In this document: positions 1 through 8,684 of the stretch, in pieces
How positions within the stretch are numbered: the stretch's first letter is position 1
How the letters are laid out: each line of letters opens with the position of its first letter
Assembly (NCBI GenBank): GCA_963713855.1
Contig: OY970209.1
Coordinates: 640,001 to 704,000 of the forward strand
Length of the DNA: 64,000 bases
Reading direction: 5' to 3'
Source of the DNA: an uncultured bacterium
GTDB lineage: Bacteria; Babelota; Babeliae; Babelales; Babelaceae
Translations under genes and position numbers: made by a program
Notes under the pieces: generated by a model
Database searches by the model: none
Told to the model about the DNA's origin: nothing
The model's input: the letters and a program-made list of their open reading frames with translations, nothing else

Positions 1-813
1 GTTATCGTTTGGGATTTAGGCCACACGCTCTTTGAAAGGAGTTGGTTGAGCCAAATAAAAGCTATTGGCTTCTGGGATGGGTTTTGGTTTTTTTGCCGGC
101 ATGGTATGAGCAGTACTGAGGTGATGAGATCTTTAATGTGGGATGTTTTAAGCCTCTACAATGGCCATCCACTTTTGGTTGAAAGCCAGTTTTTGCCTCA
201 CGATCCGTATGGATATCCATTGCCGCACCTCATGATTGAGTGGTTTATTGGTGCTAAAACAAGCGAGGAAGTTTTAAAAATCGTGGAAGACTGCGTGGAG
301 CGCTTTGGTGGATTTAGGAGTTCTTTAGAAAAAAGAGTTGTCAAAAAGGTATTTACGTGGATGTTTACTCCTAAAGCATACGCAGAAAGCTGGATACCCA
401 TACGCAAGGCTGTCGACCTTTTAAAGCTCTGTGCGGATCAAAAGGATACTTATGGAAATCCGCTCTTTAGATTTTACATTCTTTCAAATTTCGATGAACA
501 AACTTATTATTACCTATCATCAGATAGCGATAATGATGTAGTCTTTGAAAACTTTAAGCAAAATCATATTTTTATATCAGGTCAAAAACACGCGTTAAAA
601 CCCGAGCCACGCTTTTTTATGTCTCTTCTGGATAGTGCTGGTGTAGATTCCAAGGACGCAGTTCTGATAGATGATCAAGAAGAAAACTGCGAGGCTGCAC
701 GTGCCCTTGGTATGCACGCGTTTTGTGTCAAAGATAAAGATTTTGAGCGAGCCAAAGAGGGCCTACAATCACTCGGTATGTTACCGCAAAACAACAAAGC
801 GACAGAGTTTTAA
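1..813 (+). CDS. HAD-superfamily hydrolase/phosphatase (5' partial)
   Basis: Frame is open from base 1 (VIVWDLGHTLF, HAD motif I); ILSN motif II, KPEP motif III and LIDD..EN motif IV are present. Confidence 0.85.
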   Translation, partial: VIVWDLGHTLFERSWLSQIKAIGFWDGFWFFCRHGMSSTEVMRSLMWDVLSLYNGHPLLVESQFLPHDPYGYPLPHLMIEWFIGAKTSEEVLKIVEDCVERFGGFRSSLEKRVVKKVFTWMFTPKAYAESWIPIRKAVDLLKLCADQKDTYGNPLFRFYILSNFDEQTYYYLSSDSDNDVVFENFKQNHIFISGQKHALKPEPRFFMSLLDSAGVDSKDAVLIDDQEENCEAARALGMHAFCVKDKDFERAKEGLQSLGMLPQNNKATEF

Positions 814-2597
814 AGACCAAATACATTACATCTCGTTTGCAAATCCAACATTCTAGGTATTAATAGCTGCATCAAACAATGATGAGACCTTTCAAGAGCA
901 TACACAAACGGTGTTTGTCCTGCGCGATCGGTGATTCTAATATCTGTTCGTGGGTCTTCTAAGATGACACGAGCAATGTCAGTGTCGCCCACCACGGCTG
1001 CAACGTGAAGCGGAGTTCTACCGAGTACATCTTGCCCATTCGGATCTATCCTCGAATCACTTAAGGCTCTTCTTACATCATCAATATTTTGATGAAGAAC
1101 TGCGTAATGTAGAGGCAAGCCCGAGTAATCTGGTGAGACTGAAAGTAATTGAGGGCTATCCTGAGAATCATCCGCGGGAGCTAGCGGAGAGGGAATAGCT
1201 TGAGTAAGATCAACGGTATTTGTTTGTTGAGTGAGTTCGTTGTCTGCTGCCAAGAATTTTAGAAAGCTGTCATCGGCTTCATCTTGGCCTTGCTGCTCTG
1301 AAGTCGACGAAAATAAAAGAGGAAGGTTATTAAAATTGGTTGCTATCGATCGAGTTGCCAGTATTGACCGTGGGGTTTGAGCTCTGTAATTAAACTGGTC
1401 TAGATGATGTGGATAGTTCAAAGCAATGGTATCGATAATTTGCTGTAATCCTTGTTGGGCTGCTAGATGCACAGCGGTATTTCCATCAGCGTCGGGCATC
1501 AAGCAATTTTCGCCTTCTTTTTCAAGCAATTTTTGAAAAGCTTTCACATTACCCTTTTTTACAAGGTAGTGCGTTAAGGATTGTCCGTTTGCATCTAGAT
1601 AGTGATAGGTGGCTAGTTTAGTGCCTAATAGCTTTTGAAGAGCATTTTCGTCATTTTGAAAAGCTTTTTCTAAAAGTTCTTCATCCTCTTCACGAATTTT
1701 AGCTGTCTCGCGCCATGATGGTAGTCCACAGTAGAATATTTTTCGTGTGGAGTCGGATTTCGCGAGTTTTTGCCTTTTTCGAGCTGGTTGACCTACTTCG
1801 GGGGCCGGCAGTATGAAAGTGGGGGGTCTTGGTGCAAGGGTGAAGATCGGTAAGTGAGTGTGGATGGGAGGCTGCTCAATGTACCTGTTTAAAAATACCA
1901 AAAGCGATGGGTTATTGAATGCGTTTTCACGTGCAACCGCAAACAGGTACCTACGAGAATTATTTCTTTCTTCGACTGAAGAGTACCTTAGAAGGAGCTC
2001 AACTATAGAGTTAGCAGCGGGTTGCGCTTCGGGAGTTGCCGTTGCGGCCACTCTTACGGCACTTTCCAAGGCATTTGCCTTTCGAACAACTAATAAAGCT
2101 CCACTGTCTATCAATAGCTCAACTGAACGTAGCTGGTGTTGAGCTATAGCTTCACAAAGCGGTGTTCTGCCGGCAGCATTGAGATTATTAATTCCGTGGC
2201 GCTTCTTCATCTCATTGAGAATAACTTTCAGAAGATCTGGATTTTGAACGGCGACGTGAAAGGTAGTATTTTTATGATTATCTATCCAAAAACAACAAGT
2301 TTTGTAAGCCTTCATAAAAGCGACTAAAAGCGCGCTGTGTCCACGACGTGCTAGATAGATGGGTAACGGATTGCCCTCTGTATCTAGAGAGAATCGGAAA
2401 TCATAGTTTGCGTTAAGAAGCTCGTTTAAAAGAGGAAGGCCTTCGCGTACAATTCTTTCAAAAAGGTCCGTTACCTCAGTCGAGTCAGGAATAGAATAGC
2501 TAGAACCCTCCATAGAACAGAGCGTGTGAGGCACCAAAGGCAAGAATATGAGAGCTAGAAAAAAGCCGGAAAGTCTGGACTTTAAAATTTTTGTCAT
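810..2597 (-). CDS. Secreted ankyrin-repeat protein
   Basis: Signal peptide; ankyrin motifs GRTPLCEA, GNTAVHLAA, GRTPLHVAA; tandem paralogue of 2676..4541. Confidence 0.9.
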   Translation of the reverse strand: MTKILKSRLSGFFLALIFLPLVPHTLCSMEGSSYSIPDSTEVTDLFERIVREGLPLLNELLNANYDFRFSLDTEGNPLPIYLARRGHSALLVAFMKAYKTCCFWIDNHKNTTFHVAVQNPDLLKVILNEMKKRHGINNLNAAGRTPLCEAIAQHQLRSVELLIDSGALLVVRKANALESAVRVAATATPEAQPAANSIVELLLRYSSVEERNNSRRYLFAVARENAFNNPSLLVFLNRYIEQPPIHTHLPIFTLAPRPPTFILPAPEVGQPARKRQKLAKSDSTRKIFYCGLPSWRETAKIREEDEELLEKAFQNDENALQKLLGTKLATYHYLDANGQSLTHYLVKKGNVKAFQKLLEKEGENCLMPDADGNTAVHLAAQQGLQQIIDTIALNYPHHLDQFNYRAQTPRSILATRSIATNFNNLPLLFSSTSEQQGQDEADDSFLKFLAADNELTQQTNTVDLTQAIPSPLAPADDSQDSPQLLSVSPDYSGLPLHYAVLHQNIDDVRRALSDSRIDPNGQDVLGRTPLHVAAVVGDTDIARVILEDPRTDIRITDRAGQTPFVYALERSHHCLMQLLIPRMLDLQTRCNVFGL

Positions 2598-2675
2598 AGT
2601 TAAAAACTACTTTATTTAATGTCGCTATATACACATAGTATAATTTTAGATACAAAAAAAGTCACCCCATCAGCC

Positions 2676-4541
2676 TTATAGGTCAAGTGACTGGCATTGG
2701 CTTTCTAGGTTGAGAGCCAATTGGACTGGCTCATATAAAGGTATGTTCGTGCTATTTGGCCTTGCAAGAAGGTATGACAGTGCGTCCCGGTTAAAGTTGT
2801 CAGTGATAGTTATGTCAGTACGTTGATCAAGGATTAAAAGCTGTGCTATGGCATGGTAACCTAAAATTGCTGCGAGGTGTAACGGGGTCCACCCGTTTGT
2901 GTCTTCTCTTTCGTTTGGATTTGCGGAGGGCTGTGCCAAAATGCTTCTGACAGCGTTTAAGTTGTTATTAAGCACTGCTTGATGTAGCAAAGTGCTTACC
3001 GAGAGTAATTGCGGGCTATCTTGAGTCGTTTGATAGACTTGAGCATCCGATGGAGATTCGACTTCCTCGCCAGTAAGGTCTATAACTTCATTTAGCTCTG
3101 TAAAACTTGTGCTAGAGCTTTCAAAGACTCCTTGAGTGTATCTTCTAAAGGATTCGCCAAAAGGAGCCTCATAGTGAGCAATGTCGTTTACCCGGGTATC
3201 ATCATCTCTTAGGTTGGATGAGGGATTCTGTGTTGGTACAGTTTCATCAATATTATGTTCAGTAAAAGCTACGTTTTCTAGGATTGTGCGAGGCGTCTGA
3301 CCTGCGCGGTTTGGCTGCTCGATGAGTGCTGGCAATCGCTCAAAAATAAGAGTTACAAAATGATGTAGTCCTCTTTGAGCGGCAATATGTGCAGGATTAT
3401 TTCCCTCGTAATCCGCTGGCATTCCTTCCGCGCCGTACTGGTTAAGTAATCGCTCAAGGGCGCTGATGTTGTCGTGCATTACAAGATAATGTGCAAGGGA
3501 CCGTCCCTGTCTATCTCGATACAAATTTACCTGTAACTGCTCAGCTAAAATCTGATCGAAAGAGGCTGAATCGTTTTGAAATGCGCTTTTAAAACGTTCA
3601 GTTTCATGAGCTGCTTGACGTAAGCTTCGCCAAGAAGGTAACCCCAGGTAAAAGATTTCGCCATCGCTACTAGGCATAGGCTCGTCAATTCTGGCTTTTT
3701 TATGTGAGCGAGTCTCTTCATTGCTTTCTGGGTATTGAGACTTAGGTGTAAAAATGGGTATGGTTGGAACATAAGGTATTATCATTATTGGAACTATGTT
3801 TACCGGATATCTATTACTGCCAGCTTGGCGGAGGTAATGATATAAAAGATTCACAAGTTGCGGGTTGTTGCTTTGATTGGCAAGCTCGAGTAGGCCAAGG
3901 TTTATATATTCTGCATGGACTTCGGTATTTGTAGCATGACTGAGTAATAATGCTACAATCGCATTAGCTTCACACATTTTAGCAGAAGATACTGCTGCTA
4001 ATTTTATTGCGAGTTCTACTAAGGCAGGAGTTATGTGCGCACCGGCTTCTAGTAATTGCCTTACCTCATTGGGAAGCTGTAAGCTCACAGCAAGAAAGAG
4101 TGGTGTGTGACCATGGCTGTTTTGGCTGTTAATTCCATGAGCCCCGTTTCTTTGAGCCATGACCGCTTGAAATAAGCTGGGTCTTTCTAGAGCCAGATGA
4201 AAAATGGTATTCTTTTGTTTATCTACCCACACGGTACAATGGCTATAAAAGCTCATAAACAGTTGTATAAGCTCGGGAGTACCCCATGATGCTAAATGAT
4301 GAGCTAAAGTCCTGCCATGGCAGTCTCGAGCCGTTTTAAAATCATAGCGCTCGTTCAAAAGCTTCACTAAAAGCGTAGGCCCTTCGCGCACGATTCTTTC
4401 AAAAAGGATAGTCGTCTCTAGCCGATCAAGAGTCGTAGAGTCTGAGCACTCTTCCATGCCCTCAAGGCCATGGGGTATAAAGGGTATTAGTAAAAGGGCC
4501 AGAATGAAGCCAAAAAATTTGTTTTTCGAAGTTTTTTTCAT
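2676..4541 (-). CDS. Secreted ankyrin-repeat protein
   Basis: Signal peptide; GHTPLFLA, GNNPAHIAA, GWTPLHLAA; shares LFERIVREG, IFYxGLPSWR and QDSPQLLSVS with 810..2597. Confidence 0.9.
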   Translation of the reverse strand: MKKTSKNKFFGFILALLLIPFIPHGLEGMEECSDSTTLDRLETTILFERIVREGPTLLVKLLNERYDFKTARDCHGRTLAHHLASWGTPELIQLFMSFYSHCTVWVDKQKNTIFHLALERPSLFQAVMAQRNGAHGINSQNSHGHTPLFLAVSLQLPNEVRQLLEAGAHITPALVELAIKLAAVSSAKMCEANAIVALLLSHATNTEVHAEYINLGLLELANQSNNPQLVNLLYHYLRQAGSNRYPVNIVPIMIIPYVPTIPIFTPKSQYPESNEETRSHKKARIDEPMPSSDGEIFYLGLPSWRSLRQAAHETERFKSAFQNDSASFDQILAEQLQVNLYRDRQGRSLAHYLVMHDNISALERLLNQYGAEGMPADYEGNNPAHIAAQRGLHHFVTLIFERLPALIEQPNRAGQTPRTILENVAFTEHNIDETVPTQNPSSNLRDDDTRVNDIAHYEAPFGESFRRYTQGVFESSSTSFTELNEVIDLTGEEVESPSDAQVYQTTQDSPQLLSVSTLLHQAVLNNNLNAVRSILAQPSANPNEREDTNGWTPLHLAAILGYHAIAQLLILDQRTDITITDNFNRDALSYLLARPNSTNIPLYEPVQLALNLESQCQSLDL

Positions 4542-4813
4542 AATGAAAAGCTACTCTATTTCATGTTTACCGATGCATTCTAGTATAGCTAAAAATTTCT
4601 AAAAGTCACTTTTTAAGATATTTGTCTACTACATGATGTCACTATAAATGGTTATTTAGTTGGCTAGTGAGTCCGCGCCTTGTGAAAGCTTTCTTGTAAT
4701 AAGATAAGAAATACGTCAGCTGATGTTTAGATATTTGTGGCGTAATGTAAGGAAAAGGCTTTGAGGCGCCCTTGCAATAAGAGCAAAAATACTTTATTCT
4801 ATAGCAGAAGAAA

Positions 4814-4889
4814 GCGGGAATAGCTCAATTGGTAGAGTGGCAGCCTTCCAAGCTGTAGGTTGCGGGTTCGAGTCCCGTTTCCCGCACCA
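4814..4889 (+). tRNA. tRNA-Gly(TCC)
   Basis: GCGGGAA acceptor stem, anticodon arm CAGC-C-TTCCAA-GCTG, GGTTCGAGTCCC T arm, encoded CCA. Confidence 0.97.
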
Positions 4890-5035
4890 CACAACACATG
4901 AAGTAACATGTGTTGTGTCCTGAGCAGCTTTCGATAGAAAGCGATTAGCGAAGGGTATGCGAACTAACGCATATTTTATCCGGAGCGCACACGAAGTAAC
5001 ATGTGTTTTATCCGGAGCGCTTTCTACAGAAAGCG
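4889..5035. repeat. REP-like array of three short hairpin units
   Basis: Stems around AAGTAA/AACTAA/AAGTAA loops, each followed by TCCTGAGC or TCCGGAGC; units 1 and 3 carry a second hairpin GCTTTC-N4-GAAAGC. Confidence 0.7.
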
Positions 5036-5103
5036 GTGTGGTTTGGCATATATGGTTTCTCTTGATATAAGGCAACAAGCTGGGGGTTTTAAAAAGCTTG
5101 TAT

Positions 5104-5179
5104 GCTGGCGTAGCTCAGTTGGTAGAGCAGCTGATTTGTAATCAGCAGGTCGCTGGTTCAAGTCCAGTCGCCAGCTCCA
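5104..5179 (+). tRNA. tRNA-Thr(TGT)
   Basis: GCTGGCG...CGCCAGC acceptor, CTGAT-TTGTAA-TCAG anticodon arm, CCA end. Confidence 0.97.
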
Positions 5180-5352
5180 GAAGCCCTTCGTTTTTACTTA
5201 CAAGCTCAAACGGACCTTTCTCTGCAAAGAGATGCATTTTTCTTATTGCAAAAGCATTTGCTTTTGCTAATATAAACAAAGAATAGAGCATTATCATGTC
5301 TTTTTTGGGGTAAGTCCCCAGAAGGCAGGTAATTAAGCCAAGTAAAGTGTGT

Positions 5353-5429
5353 GCCCACGTAGCTCAGTTGGTTAGAGCACTTCCTTGGTAAGGGAGAGGT
5401 CACCGGTTCAAATCCGGTTGTGGGCTCCA
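5353..5429 (+). tRNA. tRNA-Thr(GGT)
   Basis: GCCCACG...TGTGGGC acceptor, anticodon loop TTGGTAA, GGTTCAAATCC, CCA end. Confidence 0.97.
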
Positions 5430-5476
5430 TGGCAAGAAATTAGCTTAATGAATAGTTTTTTTAGGGTTTATCGGTT

Positions 5477-5635
5477 ATGGCAAAAAATAGGGTAACTACT
5501 CATCTTGCGTGTGAAGTGTGTAAAGAACGCAATTATTCTCAGGTGGTAGGCAAAAAGAGATCGGCAGGCTCTTTAAAACTAAGTAAATTTTGCTTTCGAT
5601 GCCGTAAGCATGTAGCGCATAAAGAAACGAAATAG
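5477..5635 (+). CDS. rpmG: 50S ribosomal protein L33 (Zn-ribbon type)
   Basis: Not in the ORF track; translated by hand as MAKNRVTTHLACEVCKERNYSQVVGKKRSAGSLKLSKFCFRCRKHVAHKETK; usual position before tRNA-Trp/secE. Confidence 0.95.
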   Translation: MAKNRVTTHLACEVCKERNYSQVVGKKRSAGSLKLSKFCFRCRKHVAHKETK

Positions 5636-5642
5636 GCAAAGT

Positions 5643-5718
5643 AGGCCAGTAGCTCTAACGGCAGAGCGGCAGACTCCAAATCTGCGGGTTGGGGGTTCGA
5701 ATCCCTCCTGGCCTGCCA
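5643..5718 (+). tRNA. tRNA-Trp(CCA)
   Basis: AGGCCAG...CTGGCCT acceptor, GCAGA-CTCCAAA-TCTGC anticodon arm, CCA end. Confidence 0.97.
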
Positions 5719-5750
5719 AAGCACTGGTGTACAAAATAAGAGGTGTTCTG

Positions 5751-5954
5751 TTGAACAGTCCCATAAGAAATATCAATCAGTTTCTTGGACAGGTTAAGGC
5801 TGAGGTAGCAAAAATAGAGTGGCCGAGCTTTGAAGAGTTTGTTGGTTCTACTATTATTATGCTTGTTATTGTGGCCTTTTTTACACTCTTCATTTTTGGT
5901 GTGGATCAGGGCATTAAGCAACTAGCCCACTATGTTTTTACTTATAGCTTGTAA
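5751..5954 (+). CDS. secE: Preprotein translocase subunit SecE
   Basis: FLGQVKAEVAKIEWPS motif plus one TM helix; lies between tRNA-Trp and nusG; TTG start chosen after a GAGGTG RBS. Confidence 0.92.
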   Translation: MNSPIRNINQFLGQVKAEVAKIEWPSFEEFVGSTIIMLVIVAFFTLFIFGVDQGIKQLAHYVFTYSL

Positions 5955-5969
5955 GGACTTTCAAAGATA

Positions 5970-6491
5970 ATGAAACGATGGTATGTTGTTCAAGTTCGTG
6001 CTAATTATGAAGAACGAGTCAAATCTGATCTTTTAAAAAGTATCGAAGAAAAGGGTCTCCAGGACCAGTTTGGGCAAATTTTAATTCCTTCAGTCAAGAT
6101 GCGTCAGTTTTTCGAAGTTGGCGATGCTATGCGTGACCAACAGCTCTTTCCGGGCTATGTTCTTATTGAGATGGAAGACACCGACGAGAACATTCATTTT
6201 GTCAGCAAGCGCCCTGATGTACGTCGCTTTTTAGGAGGCAATAAGCCAAGCCCATTGTCTAATCGTGAAGTGGAGCGCATTAAAGCTCAAATTAGCGGGG
6301 ATGTTGCGATTCCTACGCAAAAACACGACCTTGAAGTTGGGAAAGAGATCGAGATCAAAGAGGGACCGTTTGCTACTTTTGTTGGCATCATCGATAAAAT
6401 TAATGAAGAAAATCAAAAGCTTACTGTCATGGTAAGTATTTTGGGGAGAATGACTCCTGTTGTATTGAATTTTGATCAAGTAAAGCGATAA
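5970..6491 (+). CDS. nusG: Transcription termination/antitermination factor NusG
   Basis: KRWYVVQV, LFPGYVLIEM, KOW motif GPFATFVG. Confidence 0.97.
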   Translation: MKRWYVVQVRANYEERVKSDLLKSIEEKGLQDQFGQILIPSVKMRQFFEVGDAMRDQQLFPGYVLIEMEDTDENIHFVSKRPDVRRFLGGNKPSPLSNREVERIKAQISGDVAIPTQKHDLEVGKEIEIKEGPFATFVGIIDKINEENQKLTVMVSILGRMTPVVLNFDQVKR

Positions 6492-6506
6492 GAAAGGTAC
6501 ACTGGT

Positions 6507-6929
6507 ATGGCCAAAGAAATTAAGGCGCGTGTGCGTCTCAGGCTTCCAGGAGGAGCAGCAACACCCGCTCCGCCCGTTGGTTCCATTTTGGGACAGCAAC
6601 AAGTCAATATCATGGATTTTTGTAAGCAGTTTAATGCAAAGACTGCGGATAAAAAAGGACAGACGGTATCCGTGCTTGTAACCATATACGTGGATAAGAA
6701 GTTTGACTTTCAGGTAAAGACAAGTCCTATATCAGAACTTATTAAAAAGAAGCTCAATCTTGCTAAAGGGTCTTCTCAACCAAATAAGCAAAAGGTAGGA
6801 AAGCTCTCGTCAAAAGATGTGGAAGAGATAGCAAAGCAAAAGCTTGTTGATCTTAACACACTTGATCTTGAGCAGGCCAAAAGAACGGTCGCAGGAACAG
6901 CTCGTAGTATGGGCATAGAGGTTGAATAG
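6507..6929 (+). CDS. rplK: 50S ribosomal protein L11
   Basis: GAATPAPPVG, NIMDFCKQFNAKT, GTARSMGI. Confidence 0.98.
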   Translation: MAKEIKARVRLRLPGGAATPAPPVGSILGQQQVNIMDFCKQFNAKTADKKGQTVSVLVTIYVDKKFDFQVKTSPISELIKKKLNLAKGSSQPNKQKVGKLSSKDVEEIAKQKLVDLNTLDLEQAKRTVAGTARSMGIEVE

Positions 6930-6940
6930 GGGTTTTTTGT

Positions 6941-7639
6941 ATGCATACACATGGAAAAAAATATACGCAAGCTCGCGGCAAGCTTGATGCAATCAAAAAG
7001 CCCACTTTTTCTTTGCAAGAAGGGCTTTCAAAAGTTAAAGAGTTAGCTTTTGCTCGTTTTGATGAGACGGTAACTGCCAACGTAAATTTGGGCATAGACC
7101 CTCAAAAGGGTGAACAAGCTGTACGAGGCTCGGTACATTTGCCGCATGGCACTGGTAAAAAAGTGCGTGTTCTTGTTTTTGCTAAAGGTGATTACGCTGA
7201 CGCTGCGCGTAAAGCTGGAGCTGAGTATGTTGGCTTTGAAGATCTTTTAGAAAAAATTGAAGCTGGTTGGACTGATTTTGATTACGCGATTGCGACACCA
7301 GATCTGATGGGTGTTGTAGGAAAAGTAGCTAAAATCCTTGGACCACGCGGATTACTACCTAATAAAAAGACGGGAACGGTTACCTTTGATGTTGCAGCTG
7401 TTGTGTCCAACCTTAAGGGCGGACAGCAGTTTTTCAAGAACGATAAAAGTGGAATAGTACACTTTGCCTTTGGTAAAGTCTCTTTTCCTGTTGAAAACCT
7501 CAAAGAAAATTTCCAGGCTTTTATAAAATCTCTGAGCGCAGCTCGTCCTTCGGCAGCTCGAGGAGTTTTTATCAAAAAGATGACGATCTCGTCTACGATG
7601 GGGGTAGGCATTTCTATCAATGCTGATGAAATACGCTAA
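6941..7639 (+). CDS. rplA: 50S ribosomal protein L1
   Basis: FDETV, LPHGTGK, ILGPRGLLPN, SSTMG. Confidence 0.98.
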   Translation: MHTHGKKYTQARGKLDAIKKPTFSLQEGLSKVKELAFARFDETVTANVNLGIDPQKGEQAVRGSVHLPHGTGKKVRVLVFAKGDYADAARKAGAEYVGFEDLLEKIEAGWTDFDYAIATPDLMGVVGKVAKILGPRGLLPNKKTGTVTFDVAAVVSNLKGGQQFFKNDKSGIVHFAFGKVSFPVENLKENFQAFIKSLSAARPSAARGVFIKKMTISSTMGVGISINADEIR

Positions 7640-7655
7640 AACCGGGATGTAAATT

Positions 7656-8183
7656 ATGGCTATGAACCGTCAAGAAAAACAGGTCGTTATTGATTCGCTG
7701 AGTAATGATTTTAAAACGAGCGAGGCTGCGTTTCTTGTTAGTCTTAAAGGGCTAACCGTTAATCAGCTTCAGGAGCTTCGTAAAAATTTAAGAGAAAAAG
7801 GCGGTAAATTACGGCTTGCTAAAAATACGCTTACTAAAAGAGCTGCTCATGAGCTAGAGGCTGTATGTGCACTCGAACCATACCTGAAAAACCAAGTTGG
7901 TATAGTTTTTGCAAAGGGAGATTCTCCTGCAGTGGCAAATGTGCTTTGGACTATTTCGCAATCAAACGAAAAGTTTAGCTTGGTTGTAGGTTGCTTTGAG
8001 TCAAAGCTTATCGATAAAGATATGATTAAGTTTCTAGCTACTTTGCCACCACGACCAGTTCTGCTAGCTCAAGTTTGCGGAACTATAAAAGCACCATTGG
8101 TGGGACACGTGTCTTTATTGCATCAGATGCTTGCTCGGCTGCTGTGGGTCCTTGAAAGTGCAGCAAAAAAACGACAAGCGTAG
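7656..8183 (+). CDS. rplJ: 50S ribosomal protein L10
   Basis: GLTVNQLQELRKNLRE, AKNTL, LATLP; operon position. Confidence 0.96.
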   Translation: MAMNRQEKQVVIDSLSNDFKTSEAAFLVSLKGLTVNQLQELRKNLREKGGKLRLAKNTLTKRAAHELEAVCALEPYLKNQVGIVFAKGDSPAVANVLWTISQSNEKFSLVVGCFESKLIDKDMIKFLATLPPRPVLLAQVCGTIKAPLVGHVSLLHQMLARLLWVLESAAKKRQA

Positions 8184-8243
8184 AACAGTTTTTCAGTCTT
8201 ACTTAAGATATTCTCAAGTTGCTTAACGATGGAGAAAATGCAC

Positions 8244-8636
8244 ATGGCAACAAAAATTGAACAGTTAGTACACGATATCAGTTCACTTACGGCTTTAGAA
8301 CTTGCACAGCTTACTAAGACGCTAGAAGGCGTTTTTGGTGTATCGGCAGCTATGACGGCTGCTGCGGCACCTGCTGCTGCGACAGGCGCTGAAGCTGGCG
8401 CTGGTAAAAAGGCTGAAGAAAAAAGTGAATACGTTGTAAAGCTCGTTGATGCTGGAGCTAACAAAATCAACGTTATTAAAGCGCTACGACAAATTAAGAA
8501 AGATCTGGGATTAACCCAAGCACGTGAGCTTGCTGAAAGTGCTCCGGTTGTTTTAGCTGAAGCTGCATCTAAAGATGAAGCTAAAACTATGAAGGAAGCT
8601 CTTGAGGCTGCTGGTGCTAAAGTAGAGCTTTCCTAA
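8244..8636 (+). CDS. rplL: 50S ribosomal protein L7/L12
   Basis: Ala-rich hinge, [25 protein letters not shown]. Confidence 0.97.
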   Translation: MATKIEQLVHDISSLTALELAQLTKTLEGVFGVSAAMTAAAAPAAATGAEAGAGKKAEEKSEYVVKLVDAGANKINVIKALRQIKKDLGLTQARELAESAPVVLAEAASKDEAKTMKEALEAAGAKVELS

Positions 8637-8684
8637 TTTTTCATATATATATCATGTCTAAGGTATTACGGGGGAGCAGATTGG

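Noticed and set aside
810..2700. CaaX prenylation motifs at ankyrin C-termini (CNVFGL, CQSLDL)
   Set aside because: Cys is sixth from the end, not fourth
4889..5035. CRISPR array or attL/attR duplicate of the tRNA-Gly 3' end
   Set aside because: No constant repeat with unique spacers; no second copy of the tRNA 3' end and no integrase seen in the window
5180..5352. Degenerate tRNA-Tyr between the two tRNA-Thr genes
   Set aside because: Only short hairpins (GCAAAAGC-ATTT-GCTTTTGC; TGGGG-TAAGT-CCCCA); no T arm or GTA anticodon loop
4794..5921. Short ORFs 4794..5078, 5098..5286, 5206..5430, 5539..5724, 5579..5776, 5655..5921
   Set aside because: Shadow translations of tRNA genes, rpmG and secE
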